Positions 25,777-36,175 are shown, numbered from the stretch's first letter. The stretch is 64,000 bases of DNA from Pyrinomonadaceae bacterium (GCA_049273695.1 JBASRE010000013.1:14109-78108), one strand, 5' to 3'. Notes: generated by a model not told the origin, from the sequence alone. Program-made: numbers and translations.

Positions 25777-27777
25777 ATGAAGAAGATCGTCGAAAGCTAC
25801 AAACGAAAGCTCGCCAGCGAAGAGGGCTGGGTGCTGAAGCGTGGCGCGAAACTGCGCATCGCGCTCTGCTACCCAAACGTCTATTCGATCGGTATGGCGA
25901 ACCTCGGCTTTCAGGCGATGTACGAACTCTTCAATAACATCCCCGAAGTTTCTTGCGAGAGAGTTTTTCTGCCGGACAGTTCCAGAGGCTTCAGCGTCGA
26001 AGAGCACTCGTCGTCAGCGCGGACCGTGCCGCGCGGTGGCTCCGAGCATTCACGTAACGGCTCCGGCTACAACGTAAGACGGAGTAAACCTGAGAGCAGG
26101 ATCAACGAACTCGCCGAGTATGAACGGACGGGGACTTCCCTTCTCTCTCTCGAGTCGCAATCACCTGTTCGCAAGTTCGACGTCATCGCGTTCTCGATTT
26201 CGTTTGAGACTGATTACGTCAACATGGCGCGCATGCTGCAGATGAGCGGTGTACCGGTGTGGTCAAAAGACCGGACCGAGCAGAACCCGCTGATCGTGAT
26301 GGGCGGCGCGGCGTCGTTCCTGAATCCCGAACCAATCGCCGACTTCACCGATGTGATTGGTGTCGGTGAAGGCGAGATTCTCGGGCCGAAGCTGGTTGAC
26401 GCTCTTTTCGAGCACGAATCGAAAGAAGAACTGTTATTGGCGCTGGCGCGGCAGGGCCGCGGCTTTTACGTGCCTTCACTCTACTTCGTCAGTTACAACG
26501 ATGACGAAACGGTGAACGCCTACACGCCGACAGAAGAAGGCGTGCCGCCCCGTGTCGGCCGGGCCATCTCCGCGGAAAGCCCGAAAGAAGGCAGTCTGCG
26601 CCGCGCCATTCGACGCGAGCAACACGACCTGGTTGCGCAGCTCAAGCGCGATGAAGTCTTCGCTCCCTCGACCACCATCTTTGCGCCGCAGGCCGAGATG
26701 GGTGATCGCTTCCTGGTGGAAATCTCGCGTGGCTGTTCGCAGGGCTGTCGCTTCTGCTGGGCCGGTTACAACTATTGGCCGCCGCGCGTCGTGCCGGCGC
26801 GAGACATCCTCGCGAAAGCGAAAGCCTGGCGCGCGAAAACCGACAAGATTGGGCTGGTTTCGACCGCTGTCTGCGACCATCCCGAGATCAGCGAAATCCT
26901 GCAAGGCCTGCGCGCGATGGATTATCGAATATCGGTTTCGTCTTTGCGGCTCGATCAGATTTCGGAGGAGCTGCTCGACGCGCTGGTTGAGTCGCGCGAT
27001 CAGCAGATCGCCGTCGCGCCGGAAACCGGATCGGATCGCCTGCGCAAAGTAATCAACAAGAACCTGACGAACGACGAGATTGTCGATATCTGCGGCGCGG
27101 TTTTCGATCGCGGCATGCTGACGGTGAAACTTTATCTGATGGTGGGTCTGCCGACGGAAACTGACGAAGACCTGGAAGAGATGGTTAAGCTGGTCGAGCG
27201 CATCAAGGATCGCATGCTCGAAGCCGGCAAGCGCTTCGGCCGAGTGGGCAAGATCATTCCGTCGCTAAACGGCCTTGTGCCAAAGCCGAATACGCCTTTT
27301 CAATGGGAAGCAATTTGTGATGAAAAGGAAATGAAGCGCCGTCTCAAGTGGGTCTGCAAGCACCTGGCGCGCATTCCCAACGTCGAAGTCCGCGCCATGT
27401 CGGCGCGTATCGCGCATGAACAGGCGCTGTTCTCGTCGGGCGACCGGCGTATTGCGCCAGTGATCGAAGCGACGGCCCGGCTCAACGGCGACTTAAAAGC
27501 AGCGCTCCGGGAAACAGGCATCGACCCACATTTTCACACCAGCCGCGTGCGCGCGCATGACGAGATTCTTCCGTGGGAGATTGTTGACTCAGGCCTGTCG
27601 CGTCCTTTCATGGAACGCGAACACGAACGCTCTCACGAAGCTGAGTCGACAGCTCCCTGCCCTTCCGTCAATCAATGCACTCGCTGCGGCGTCTGCCCCA
27701 CTACCTGGCTTGCTGAAGCTAACCCAGAGCTAATACAACTGAAAGCTTTTGAAACAGCTTCTGCATTACGCCAGTAG
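25777..27777 (+). CDS. B12-binding-domain radical SAM protein (TIGR03960-like)
   Basis: N-terminus IALCYPNVYSIGMANLGFQAMY, radical SAM CSQGCRFC (CX3CX2C), C-terminal CTRCGVC. Confidence 0.8.
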   Translation: MKKIVESYKRKLASEEGWVLKRGAKLRIALCYPNVYSIGMANLGFQAMYELFNNIPEVSCERVFLPDSSRGFSVEEHSSSARTVPRGGSEHSRNGSGYNVRRSKPESRINELAEYERTGTSLLSLESQSPVRKFDVIAFSISFETDYVNMARMLQMSGVPVWSKDRTEQNPLIVMGGAASFLNPEPIADFTDVIGVGEGEILGPKLVDALFEHESKEELLLALARQGRGFYVPSLYFVSYNDDETVNAYTPTEEGVPPRVGRAISAESPKEGSLRRAIRREQHDLVAQLKRDEVFAPSTTIFAPQAEMGDRFLVEISRGCSQGCRFCWAGYNYWPPRVVPARDILAKAKAWRAKTDKIGLVSTAVCDHPEISEILQGLRAMDYRISVSSLRLDQISEELLDALVESRDQQIAVAPETGSDRLRKVINKNLTNDEIVDICGAVFDRGMLTVKLYLMVGLPTETDEDLEEMVKLVERIKDRMLEAGKRFGRVGKIIPSLNGLVPKPNTPFQWEAICDEKEMKRRLKWVCKHLARIPNVEVRAMSARIAHEQALFSSGDRRIAPVIEATARLNGDLKAALRETGIDPHFHTSRVRAHDEILPWEIVDSGLSRPFMEREHERSHEAESTAPCPSVNQCTRCGVCPTTWLAEANPELIQLKAFETASALRQ

Positions 27778-30700
27778 CTTCAGTCGCATTAGCCGTCGTC
27801 GGTTGCGGTCCAAAGCGTCGCCGGTATTCGTCAGAGACGATGAAGGCACGCACCATTTCCGCCTGTATATATTCTCCTTGTTGCGCGGTTAAGTAAGTGC
27901 CGTAGTTGCCGGTCCGCTGTGTGCTGTAGAAATCCAGCTTGTCCTTCCAATGCTGATAACCGGAGGCGTCGGGATCCCGCCGGAGGTAACCGAAATATTC
28001 CATCTGCACAAAGCCGGCGTTGAACTGCTTCAGATAGTAGTCCTGGCCGTAAAGCGTGGTGAAGGTCCTACTGTTATCGTTATTGATAACTATGCCTTCG
28101 ACTACCTTGTGAAGGGCCGTGGCACGCGTGTCCGTTGAATTGTTCAGCGATGCGGCCAGCGAAGCCTTGTCATTTTCGGTAGCCTGAATGCCAGTAGTTT
28201 GGAAAAGCTTATCGACATACTGTCGATTGTTTAGTCCATCGTACAAGGCTTTGAAGTCTGCCCGATTGATGAATTCCTGCGCGTAGGCCGCGCGATTCTG
28301 GTTGAGGACCGCCGGCGACCACTGATTGTTGACCACCACGCCCGTCGCCACTTCCTGGGCATCGCGTTCAAACTCGCGATACGTCGGAACACGGCCCAGT
28401 GCGCCCGTGTAATAGAGATAGACGAAATATCCGGTCAATTGAAACTCGTCCGACAGGAAGAAAGCGCCGCTGGTGGTCTCGCGCTGCCGATCGATGCAAC
28501 CCGCTTGGGTCGGCCGGTCGGGAGGTCGCTGACTCGGGTCGCTGCACTTATCGATATTATTGATCCAGAAAGCGCCACCCGGCCCATCAGGTTCCCGATT
28601 CAGAAAATCGAGATAGTGCATGCGCACGAAGAAAGCGGTCACGTCGATCGGATTCGGGCCATCGACCGAATCGTTGTCGGTTATGGTCACCGTGGCCGCA
28701 GCCGGCGTGCCCAGGGATGCGCCCGAAGGATTGCTTAAGCTGACCGTAAAGCCCTCAGGTCCATCCTGATAGGAATCATCAATGATGAAAACCGAAACCG
28801 TTTTGGAAGTTTCGCCTGAAGCGAACCTGACGGTCGTCCTGCGCGTTTCGTAATCACATCGCTCAGAGGCCGCGCCGTTTACGATGTTGCAGTTTTGCGT
28901 TCCGGCCGAATCGCTGGTGGACAAGCTGACCGTCGCAGCGCCGCTCGGGTCGCCTAGCCGCGTGATCGTAGTGTCCACCTTGCTGCCGCCTTCGCCTACT
29001 GCATAGGTTGGCTGACTGAACTGAACAGTCGGCGCATCGTCATTTAGGATCGTGCCGACGCCCTCACTGTCGCTGATCGTGGCATTCTGCGCATTCGTCA
29101 GATTCACAGAGAAGGCCTCGTTTGGTTCGTTGGCCGTATCGCCGTTGACGAGGACCGTGATGGTTTTGGTCGTATCGCCCGGACTGAACGTTAGCGTGTT
29201 GCTGTTGGTGACGTAGTCCGAACCCGCGGTGGCCGTGCCGGGAGCGGTGGCGTAATTGACCGTCACCGATTGACCGCTGGGGGCTGAGAGCGTGACGGTG
29301 AAAGTGAAGTTAGTCGTGCCGCTGTTGCCTTCATTCGCGCTGACATCGTTGATGGACAAAGAAGGTAGCGGATCGTTGTCAGTGATAGTTAAGACGGCAG
29401 CCTTCGGCGTGCCCAGAGTCGCACCTCCGGTCGGGTTCGAGAGCGTTAGATTCACGGTCTCATCCGGCTCATCTAAAGCATCGTCAGTGATGGAAACAGC
29501 AAAAGTCTTGCTGGTTTCGCCGTTCGCGAAATTGAGTGTGCCGGAGGCTCCTGTGTAATCCAGTCCGGCTGTGGCTGTGCCGTTGGAAGTGACGTAATCG
29601 ACTGAGACCGCGCCATCCGAACCATTGGCGCGCGTGACGGTAATAGTCACGCTGCCGCCCGCCTCACCAACGTTGTAAGTCGCGGCGCTGAATTGGAGGG
29701 TGCCCGGCGCCGGTGGGGCGTTGGTGCAAGGCGCCGGGAGCGTGTAATTAACGCTCGCGGTCATCGTGCCAAACGTACCCAATCCAGTTGTCGAGTTCAC
29801 CAGAAACTTCAGCTTGCCCCAGCCGAAATGCCAGTTCCCATCCGCCGAAGTTGGATCGGCATAGTTATCAACGTGTCGCGGTCCGTCTGCGTATGCCGGA
29901 TCGTCACAGTCGGTGAACACATCACCGTTGTTGGCGGTCAAGTTGCCAGGATCTGAGGCAAAGGGGTTCCACGCCGCGTCGTTCAAATTCGGCGTATTGC
30001 TGCCGGCGGCTGGATGGCTGTCGATGACGGTGTAGGCTGGCGGGTCGTCCACGCCAAAATTGCCATAGCCGTGTGCCTCGTTGGCATACTCCAGTGTGAC
30101 GCCTGGTGTCCAGGCTGCCGTCGCATCGAAGCCCGTTTTGTCACGAACGCCGATCCAGTAGGCGTGTTCCTGCGTGGCCGTCCCGTTGCTGCGGATCCAT
30201 CCGTTGTAGGCGTGAGTATCGTCGTTGCTCAGAATCGGGTCCTCGGCGTCGTCGAAAAAGACGCGCGTCGTCCCGTTCTTCAGGAGCTCAATATCGTCGA
30301 TGACCCAGCCGCGGAAAGCGAGACCGGGATCGGTCGAATACGCCCAGCGGACAAGGAAATCCTCGCCGATATAAGGCGTCAGGTCGAATTCGTCCGTGAT
30401 AAAAGCCGGCTCAGGATACGCGGCGACACCGCATGTCGGATCGTCACTCGCGCCGCTGGAACAGGTCATTCCGTTCCCGTGATTGGTCCCATTCGGGTTA
30501 GTGTCCGGAACTCCGGTTGTCGGGCCGCCCTCGCCGGTGTCGTTGATCGATTCCAGGTTGTCGCATTGGAATGTCGCGGGCGTGCCGCGGAACTGGCAGA
30601 TCTGCAGGTATCCGTAATCGTAATCCTTCTCGATCTCGAACCAGCTCTTGAACTGCAGTTTCAGGCTGGTCGATCCGGCCGTCGTGTTCGCATCGAACGC

Positions 30701-33079
30701 GATGTCGAGCAGGTGTCCCGGATAACCAAATCCATTACCGGCCTGCGAGTAATATACCCAGCTTCCGGATGGGATGAGGCTCGGGTCAAACAACTCCACC
30801 TTCGGGAGCTCGACCTTGTACACCTCGGCGTTATGGACATTGCCGGTAAGCGTGTATGGATTGTTGTTTGAGTCGCGCCACTCGATCTGGTGCGTATCGA
30901 CCTTGAGTTCCTTCTGTGCCGTGACATTACGCGGACTGGTGATTAGTGTTGGCACAATCCAACCCAACTCCTGCTTGTCCCAGATGCCCATATGGCCGGA
31001 GCCCGAGGACATTAGCGACCAGTCATCGATTGTGTTGCGCGTGCCAAGAGAGTATTCGTCGGGAAGGCCCAGCGAATGGCCGTACTCGTGCGCGAAGGTG
31101 ATCTCGTCGGAGAACTCGGCATTCACGTTGTATGCACCGACGCGTACAAATGCCGGTTTGCCGGTGTCGGTGAGTGTAGTCGCCGTATGGGTGTCATCGG
31201 TCCAGAAAAGCAGCCGGTCCTGATGATCGCGCAGGCGGTCGTGACTCGTATAACCGTCAGTATAGTAGTATTGAAGACCACTCGAATGCGGCCATACATT
31301 GTCAAATCCCGTTTGGCCCAGGATATTCTCCGGCTGGCCCTGGTAGACCAACTCGAAAAAGTCCACCCAGCCATCGCGGTCGGTATCGAAATCGTTGTAA
31401 TCCACGTCCGGATCCATCAGGGTTGCCGCATCGTAAGCGATCTTTCCCGGAGGGCCGCAGCCGTTGTCGACGGTGAACACTAGACCAACGCCGGTGAGCG
31501 CGCCCGGATATGCGCTCCCGAACGAGTCGGAGCCGTAGTAACCACGCGTGCCCGGCAGCTGATACCAGCCATTCTCGACGCGATTGGTCATCGTCACCGG
31601 CGGAGTGTCGTCATCATAAGGATCTCCGTCCTCGGCCTGAGTGGCGCCACCGCAGAAGCCGGCCGGCTGTACCGTCGAGAAGCGATATCTTTCGCTCGGC
31701 GTCGACGCAAATGTTTTCGCTGCAACGCCCAAGCTCGGCATTGTCGGCTGGGGCAGCAGTTGGTTCATCGACATTTCGAGATACCGGGTGATGAGCGAAT
31801 CGAAGAAGCCAAGAAAGATCGAATCCGGCCGGGTGTGCTTCATGTCGGTATATTCGACATAGGCGACCGGGAAGGGCCGCCTGCCGTGGCGAACGGTATC
31901 GCCTACGTCGCCCACCGGCACGACCTTCGGCCCCATCGTTTCATCCTTGCGGCTATCTGAATTGCCGCTGAGCGTGTAACTCACGCTGGCCTTGGTGTCG
32001 AGCAGTTGCCAAACGATCGTGTTGTCCTCAGCTTCACTCTTTGCGCGTTGATACAGATAGATTTTTGTCTCCGCGCCGGCAGCCAGCGTCCCGAGGTTCC
32101 AGATCAAGGGATCGGCAGTAGTGCCGGACCCGCTCGCGGGATCGGGCGTAGTCGGCGTACCGAGATAAACCGCACCTGGCGCTAACACTATTTGAACTTG
32201 AACATTGGTAGCACTGCTCGCGGCGTTGTTCTTAACTTTAATGACATCAATATAGGTTTCATTTGCGTTCACCGTACCGTCACTGGCAGTCGCAACTATC
32301 GAGAGATCGACTGCTGGCGGTGTCGGCGATGGTGAGGGCGACGGCGATGGTGATGGCGAGGGGGTTGGTGGCGCGCCGGGACACGCATCAGTGATGTTAA
32401 TGTCGTCTATCCACCAGCCAATCCCAGGGGTCGCGCCCACTCCCAGTGGGTCAAGAACCAAGCGCCAACGAATTCGGACGTTATTACCTGCGAAGGCGCC
32501 GAGATTGACCTGGACTTGGTCCATGTTGGGGAACGAGGCCGAGTCGCCGGTCCATGCCGCGCGGCCCGCTATCGGACTACCAAAGCCAGTGGAAATAGTG
32601 CCCGGGTATCCGCCTATCGGTGCCACTTCTGTCCACGGCCCGCCATCAACGCTCACTTCGAGCACCCCTCCGTCAAAGCCGTCCTCGAACGAGAACTTGT
32701 GCCAAAAAGTCAGCGTGCTCGTGGCTAACAGGTTTAGGGGCGGCGAGATTAATCGATCGTCTTTGAGGTCGAGCGAGGTCGCATCGCTCTTGAATGTATT
32801 GGTCAGGCTGTGTGCCTGGGGATCGGAAGTCAGGGCCCAAGTTGCACTCGCCGGTATGTTGTTTTGAGCAACTTCGAATGCCCACCCCGCCTCTTGCGCC
32901 GGCTCAAGATCGTCTGAAAAAGTACACGCCGCCGGCGGCGGCGCCGCGGACCCACGCATGGTAAGAAAAGGCACGGCAATACTGGCACCCGCCATTAACG
33001 ATGCAGCTAATAGGAGGAAGCCGCTCCGCGTAAATATGCGATCGACGTTCAGCGTCAAAGTTCGAAGTGCCTGTTTCAT
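27719..33079 (-). CDS. giant secreted M6 (immune inhibitor A-like) metalloprotease with MAM-like domains, (PS)n linker, 3 Calx-beta domains and C-terminal DUF4214
   Basis: ATG 33079 followed by a signal/TM segment. HEXXH is FAHEYGHSLGLPDEY (about 31075-31092). There are three Calx-beta-like repeats (about 28670-29700, ...DYTGASGTLNF..ETSKTF.V.I.DD...EP.E.F...L). The DUF4214 motif is FVRMHYLDFLNREPD. Confidence 0.85.
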   Translation of the reverse strand: MKQALRTLTLNVDRIFTRSGFLLLAASLMAGASIAVPFLTMRGSAAPPPAACTFSDDLEPAQEAGWAFEVAQNNIPASATWALTSDPQAHSLTNTFKSDATSLDLKDDRLISPPLNLLATSTLTFWHKFSFEDGFDGGVLEVSVDGGPWTEVAPIGGYPGTISTGFGSPIAGRAAWTGDSASFPNMDQVQVNLGAFAGNNVRIRWRLVLDPLGVGATPGIGWWIDDINITDACPGAPPTPSPSPSPSPSPSPTPPAVDLSIVATASDGTVNANETYIDVIKVKNNAASSATNVQVQIVLAPGAVYLGTPTTPDPASGSGTTADPLIWNLGTLAAGAETKIYLYQRAKSEAEDNTIVWQLLDTKASVSYTLSGNSDSRKDETMGPKVVPVGDVGDTVRHGRRPFPVAYVEYTDMKHTRPDSIFLGFFDSLITRYLEMSMNQLLPQPTMPSLGVAAKTFASTPSERYRFSTVQPAGFCGGATQAEDGDPYDDDTPPVTMTNRVENGWYQLPGTRGYYGSDSFGSAYPGALTGVGLVFTVDNGCGPPGKIAYDAATLMDPDVDYNDFDTDRDGWVDFFELVYQGQPENILGQTGFDNVWPHSSGLQYYYTDGYTSHDRLRDHQDRLLFWTDDTHTATTLTDTGKPAFVRVGAYNVNAEFSDEITFAHEYGHSLGLPDEYSLGTRNTIDDWSLMSSGSGHMGIWDKQELGWIVPTLITSPRNVTAQKELKVDTHQIEWRDSNNNPYTLTGNVHNAEVYKVELPKVELFDPSLIPSGSWVYYSQAGNGFGYPGHLLDIAFDANTTAGSTSLKLQFKSWFEIEKDYDYGYLQICQFRGTPATFQCDNLESINDTGEGGPTTGVPDTNPNGTNHGNGMTCSSGASDDPTCGVAAYPEPAFITDEFDLTPYIGEDFLVRWAYSTDPGLAFRGWVIDDIELLKNGTTRVFFDDAEDPILSNDDTHAYNGWIRSNGTATQEHAYWIGVRDKTGFDATAAWTPGVTLEYANEAHGYGNFGVDDPPAYTVIDSHPAAGSNTPNLNDAAWNPFASDPGNLTANNGDVFTDCDDPAYADGPRHVDNYADPTSADGNWHFGWGKLKFLVNSTTGLGTFGTMTASVNYTLPAPCTNAPPAPGTLQFSAATYNVGEAGGSVTITVTRANGSDGAVSVDYVTSNGTATAGLDYTGASGTLNFANGETSKTFAVSITDDALDEPDETVNLTLSNPTGGATLGTPKAAVLTITDNDPLPSLSINDVSANEGNSGTTNFTFTVTLSAPSGQSVTVNYATAPGTATAGSDYVTNSNTLTFSPGDTTKTITVLVNGDTANEPNEAFSVNLTNAQNATISDSEGVGTILNDDAPTVQFSQPTYAVGEGGSKVDTTITRLGDPSGAATVSLSTSDSAGTQNCNIVNGAASERCDYETRRTTVRFASGETSKTVSVFIIDDSYQDGPEGFTVSLSNPSGASLGTPAAATVTITDNDSVDGPNPIDVTAFFVRMHYLDFLNREPDGPGGAFWINNIDKCSDPSQRPPDRPTQAGCIDRQRETTSGAFFLSDEFQLTGYFVYLYYTGALGRVPTYREFERDAQEVATGVVVNNQWSPAVLNQNRAAYAQEFINRADFKALYDGLNNRQYVDKLFQTTGIQATENDKASLAASLNNSTDTRATALHKVVEGIVINNDNSRTFTTLYGQDYYLKQFNAGFVQMEYFGYLRRDPDASGYQHWKDKLDFYSTQRTGNYGTYLTAQQGEYIQAEMVRAFIVSDEYRRRFGPQPTTANATEATGVMQKLFQKLSVVLALG

Positions 33080-33378
33080 GACAAAGTGTCCTTTCTTCAG
33101 CACCAATTGCCGGTGAATCGAGCGGGCCAAGGGGAGAGCAATTGAGATTTGCGGCTAGCTTAACGGCAGGTACTTGAGGAATCCTTGAGTTCGCGAGCGT
33201 TGTAGACTCGCCGCCGACACGTAATGAGAATGCAATTCATTTGAAAGAAGGCGCGGGGGATCGCGAGTCTGAACTACTACGGAGGCTAATACGGAGGAAC
33301 TGGCGTTTACTTTAACAGAATAAGACTCAAGGGACGAGAAGGCCTTGAGAAACCGGCGTCCGTCGCGCAGACTTGCAG

Positions 33379-34395
33379 CTACGGCTTAGTAGTAGTTTCT
33401 TCCAGTTCTTTCTTCAGCGCGTTAATAATCGGTTCCAGGCTTTCCTTCTGCTTAGGATCTCGTTCCAGTTTTCTACTCAAAGCTTCGAGGTGAGCTCGCT
33501 TCAAAGCCTGACTGGCGGGAACCGCGATGTCTGGTTGGACGGGTGTACCTTCATAGTCGGTTTTCGTAGTCGGATACACCGGTCGATCAATCGGCACAGA
33601 GGGCGTACCAGTCGGATAGATAAACCAACTCATCGGGACAAAGACCGCGAAGTTTGGATGAACACGAACCATTCTTCCCGGATGTGTCCCACCCCTCGTT
33701 TTTTCTCCAACGATGGTGGCGCGCTTGTGATGCTGAAGCAGCGACGCTAAACCTTCAACCGCAGAAAACGATCTTCGGCTGAGCAGGATGTAAACGTCTT
33801 TGCCGACATAACGGTTGCCGGCCACGTACGGCAGCGTCCACCACTGTTGCACTCGGTTCTCGGCGCGCACGAACCAGTCGCCGAGATGGAATGGTTCTTC
33901 ATCGAAAAAATAGCTGGCCATGAACAACACCATGTCTGCGGACCCGCCGCTACTTTTCCGCAGGTCGATGACGAGGGCATCGGTGTTTGCGAGAAAGCTC
34001 ATCACCGACCGCGCCGCTTCTCCGCTAAACTCAGGCCGCACAAAGCTGTTCATTTCGAGATAGCCAATGTTGCCCGGCAGTCTCTCAACTTTTTCAAAGC
34101 CGAAGTTTCTTGCCCGCGCTGCAATCCGGCCCTCCTCTTTTTCTTTCGGAGTCTCAGGATCAAAATCGCGACCCTCGAGCAACGGCTCAGCTCGATGACT
34201 GTAAGCGAGCGCCAAATGCCGGTCTTTGCTGATGGCCTGCATATGCGCATCGAGCGCATCCATCAGATCGAACGCGCTGGTGATCTTGTCGTACTCGCCG
34301 TTCTGTAGACGTTTGCGCAAATCCTCTTCCGTTTTCTTAGCCACTTCAGCCGAAACGTAATACTTGTTGATGGCGCGGATAGCGCCCTCAACCAC
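33379..34395 (-). CDS. S41 family peptidase (IRBP/tail-specific protease-like), apparently frameshifted from its signal peptide
   Basis: LPGNIGYLEMNSF...LVIDLRKSSGGSADMV...TIVGEKTRGG. The track start is GTG immediately after an in-frame TAA. A signal-peptide ORF lies upstream in another frame (ATG 34502). Confidence 0.75.
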   Translation of the reverse strand: MVEGAIRAINKYYVSAEVAKKTEEDLRKRLQNGEYDKITSAFDLMDALDAHMQAISKDRHLALAYSHRAEPLLEGRDFDPETPKEKEEGRIAARARNFGFEKVERLPGNIGYLEMNSFVRPEFSGEAARSVMSFLANTDALVIDLRKSSGGSADMVLFMASYFFDEEPFHLGDWFVRAENRVQQWWTLPYVAGNRYVGKDVYILLSRRSFSAVEGLASLLQHHKRATIVGEKTRGGTHPGRMVRVHPNFAVFVPMSWFIYPTGTPSVPIDRPVYPTTKTDYEGTPVQPDIAVPASQALKRAHLEALSRKLERDPKQKESLEPIINALKKELEETTTKP

Positions 34396-34596
34396 CTGCT
34401 GTTAATGGCTGGATTCAGAGGTATGTCGGGTGGCCGTTGCGCGAGTGCTGACGAACCAACTAGCAGGAGCACGACGATCGAAGGAATGACGCGTAGTTTC
34501 ATTGGGCACACCAACGGCTTAAGAAATCAGGAAAACAGTACGTTCACGCGGGACGCCGGGCTCGCGTTCCAACAACACGGTTTGAAACCGTCTCTC

Positions 34597-35583
34597 TCAG
34601 TTCGGGCGCCGGACAATCTTAGCCTGGGCAGGAAATTCGCCTTTCAAGAATGTTTCGACCGCGGGAAAGAAAATCTCAGGCGTCTCGACATGAGAGAGGT
34701 GTCCGGCTTCCTTGATGAGAAGCAGCCGCGCGTTCGGAAAACCCGTGGCCCATGCTTCGGATGATTTCACCGGAATCGGGTCAGCCACCCCGTGAATAAT
34801 CAGGACCGGCGCTTTCACGCGCGCCAGTGACGGCTGGACATTGAAGTCCCCCAGCGACCGCCAGACTTGCATGTTTACGAACTGCTGTTGCCTGACTGCG
34901 GCTTCCGGGCCCGCGCAAACGTCGCCTTTGAATCTCGAGATACTCTCTTCTCGAACAACAAAAGTGGGGAGAATCATCGTAAAAAACTCACGGCAAATTG
35001 CGCGTGGATCTTTGGCATCCAGCCAAGTCTGAGGATTTGAAACAAAAGCCCAACGCTTCCTTTGCTCCTCGTTATAACGCGAACGGATGCGCGCCTGGGT
35101 CTCGTCAACCGCTGCGAAAAGGAGTTCTCGACTTGGCTCCCCCGGATTGTGGAGGATCAATCGTTCGACACGATCCGGATGCGCGGCGGCATAAAAGGAA
35201 ATCAGCATCCCGCCCCACGAATTGCCCAACAACGTCACCTTATCGAGCTTGAAATACGTTCTGACTGCTTCGAGGTCGGAGATATGTTTCGAGATCGAGA
35301 GTTTGTCCTGATCTCGAATCAGATCGGACCCGCCGTTCCCACGCTGGTCGTAATAGACGATCGTGCGATTCCTTGCCAGCGGTTCAAGATCGGCCAGAAT
35401 TGAATGCATCGTATTACCCGGGCCGCCGTGAACGGCGATCACGACTTCAGAGCCACTGCCTACAACTTTGTAAAAGATTTTGACTTTGTCGGGTGTGATG
35501 AGGTGACCTTCACGCGGTTGTGCCAGACAGTCTCCCGGAAAAAGACAGAGAAATAAGAACGAAAGGAATAAGAGCTTTTTCAT
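34597..35583 (-). CDS. secreted alpha/beta hydrolase, prolyl aminopeptidase (S33)-like
   Basis: Signal peptide MKKLLFLSFLFLCLFPGDCLA. HGGPG oxyanion motif, GNSWGG nucleophile elbow, distal GH. Confidence 0.85.
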   Translation of the reverse strand: MKKLLFLSFLFLCLFPGDCLAQPREGHLITPDKVKIFYKVVGSGSEVVIAVHGGPGNTMHSILADLEPLARNRTIVYYDQRGNGGSDLIRDQDKLSISKHISDLEAVRTYFKLDKVTLLGNSWGGMLISFYAAAHPDRVERLILHNPGEPSRELLFAAVDETQARIRSRYNEEQRKRWAFVSNPQTWLDAKDPRAICREFFTMILPTFVVREESISRFKGDVCAGPEAAVRQQQFVNMQVWRSLGDFNVQPSLARVKAPVLIIHGVADPIPVKSSEAWATGFPNARLLLIKEAGHLSHVETPEIFFPAVETFLKGEFPAQAKIVRRPN

Positions 35584-35606
35584 GATCTTGCCCGCTCGTT
35601 GAGGTT

Positions 35607-36116
35607 CTAACCGTTCCCTTTGGCCTGGGCTTTGGTTTCCTCAGCCAGCAATTCTGTGGTGCGATCAGTCACGCTGAATGCGGGAGTTTGTTGGGCTGTG
35701 TACTCAGGTAGCTCACGAGTATCAGCCGATTTCAAATCTATTGGTTCCGGTGTTGGCCGGTTCGCCGGCAGCTCTTTCACTTCGTTGGCTTTGGCAAACA
35801 GAATCACTGAGAGCAAGCCGCAGCCCAGCACAATTATCAGTGCGAGCAAACCCAGGCCAGCGGTGACTTTGCCCTGCGTGTACATCATTTTGTAGAAGAT
35901 GCCGTACAGAATTGGGATGGCGACGCCCGCGCCGAAAACGCTCAAAGCGGCGACGCCTAACTTCTCGAACCGCTCCTTCTTCTGCTGAAGCGACAAGTCC
36001 AGCTTCGTCGGTAGTTGTTCGCTCAGCGTCTGCGCGACCTTCTGTAGGCCAAGGCCGCACGACCGGCAGAACTTCTGGTCGGCTGAGTTTTGTTTTCCGC
36101 AATTCGGGCAATACAT
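35607..36116 (-). CDS. zinc-ribbon membrane protein
   Basis: MYCPNCGKQNSADQKFCRSCG followed by two TM helices. Confidence 0.65.
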   Translation of the reverse strand: MYCPNCGKQNSADQKFCRSCGLGLQKVAQTLSEQLPTKLDLSLQQKKERFEKLGVAALSVFGAGVAIPILYGIFYKMMYTQGKVTAGLGLLALIIVLGCGLLSVILFAKANEVKELPANRPTPEPIDLKSADTRELPEYTAQQTPAFSVTDRTTELLAEETKAQAKGNG

Positions 36117-36175
36117 CGGATGCCTCTAACGTGAGGTCGATTAATATTCAACTACGTTGCAGCAAGCCTCTGAGT

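Noticed and set aside
30014-30871. 285-aa plus-strand ORF inside the giant protease gene
   Set aside because: It is antisense to a well-supported multi-domain ORF. It has no start context or motifs, and its composition is that of a shadow frame.
32325-32372. GGTGAT/GGCGAC hexanucleotide tandem repeat
   Set aside because: It encodes the (PS)n inter-domain linker of the giant protease. It is interesting only as a possible length-variable linker.
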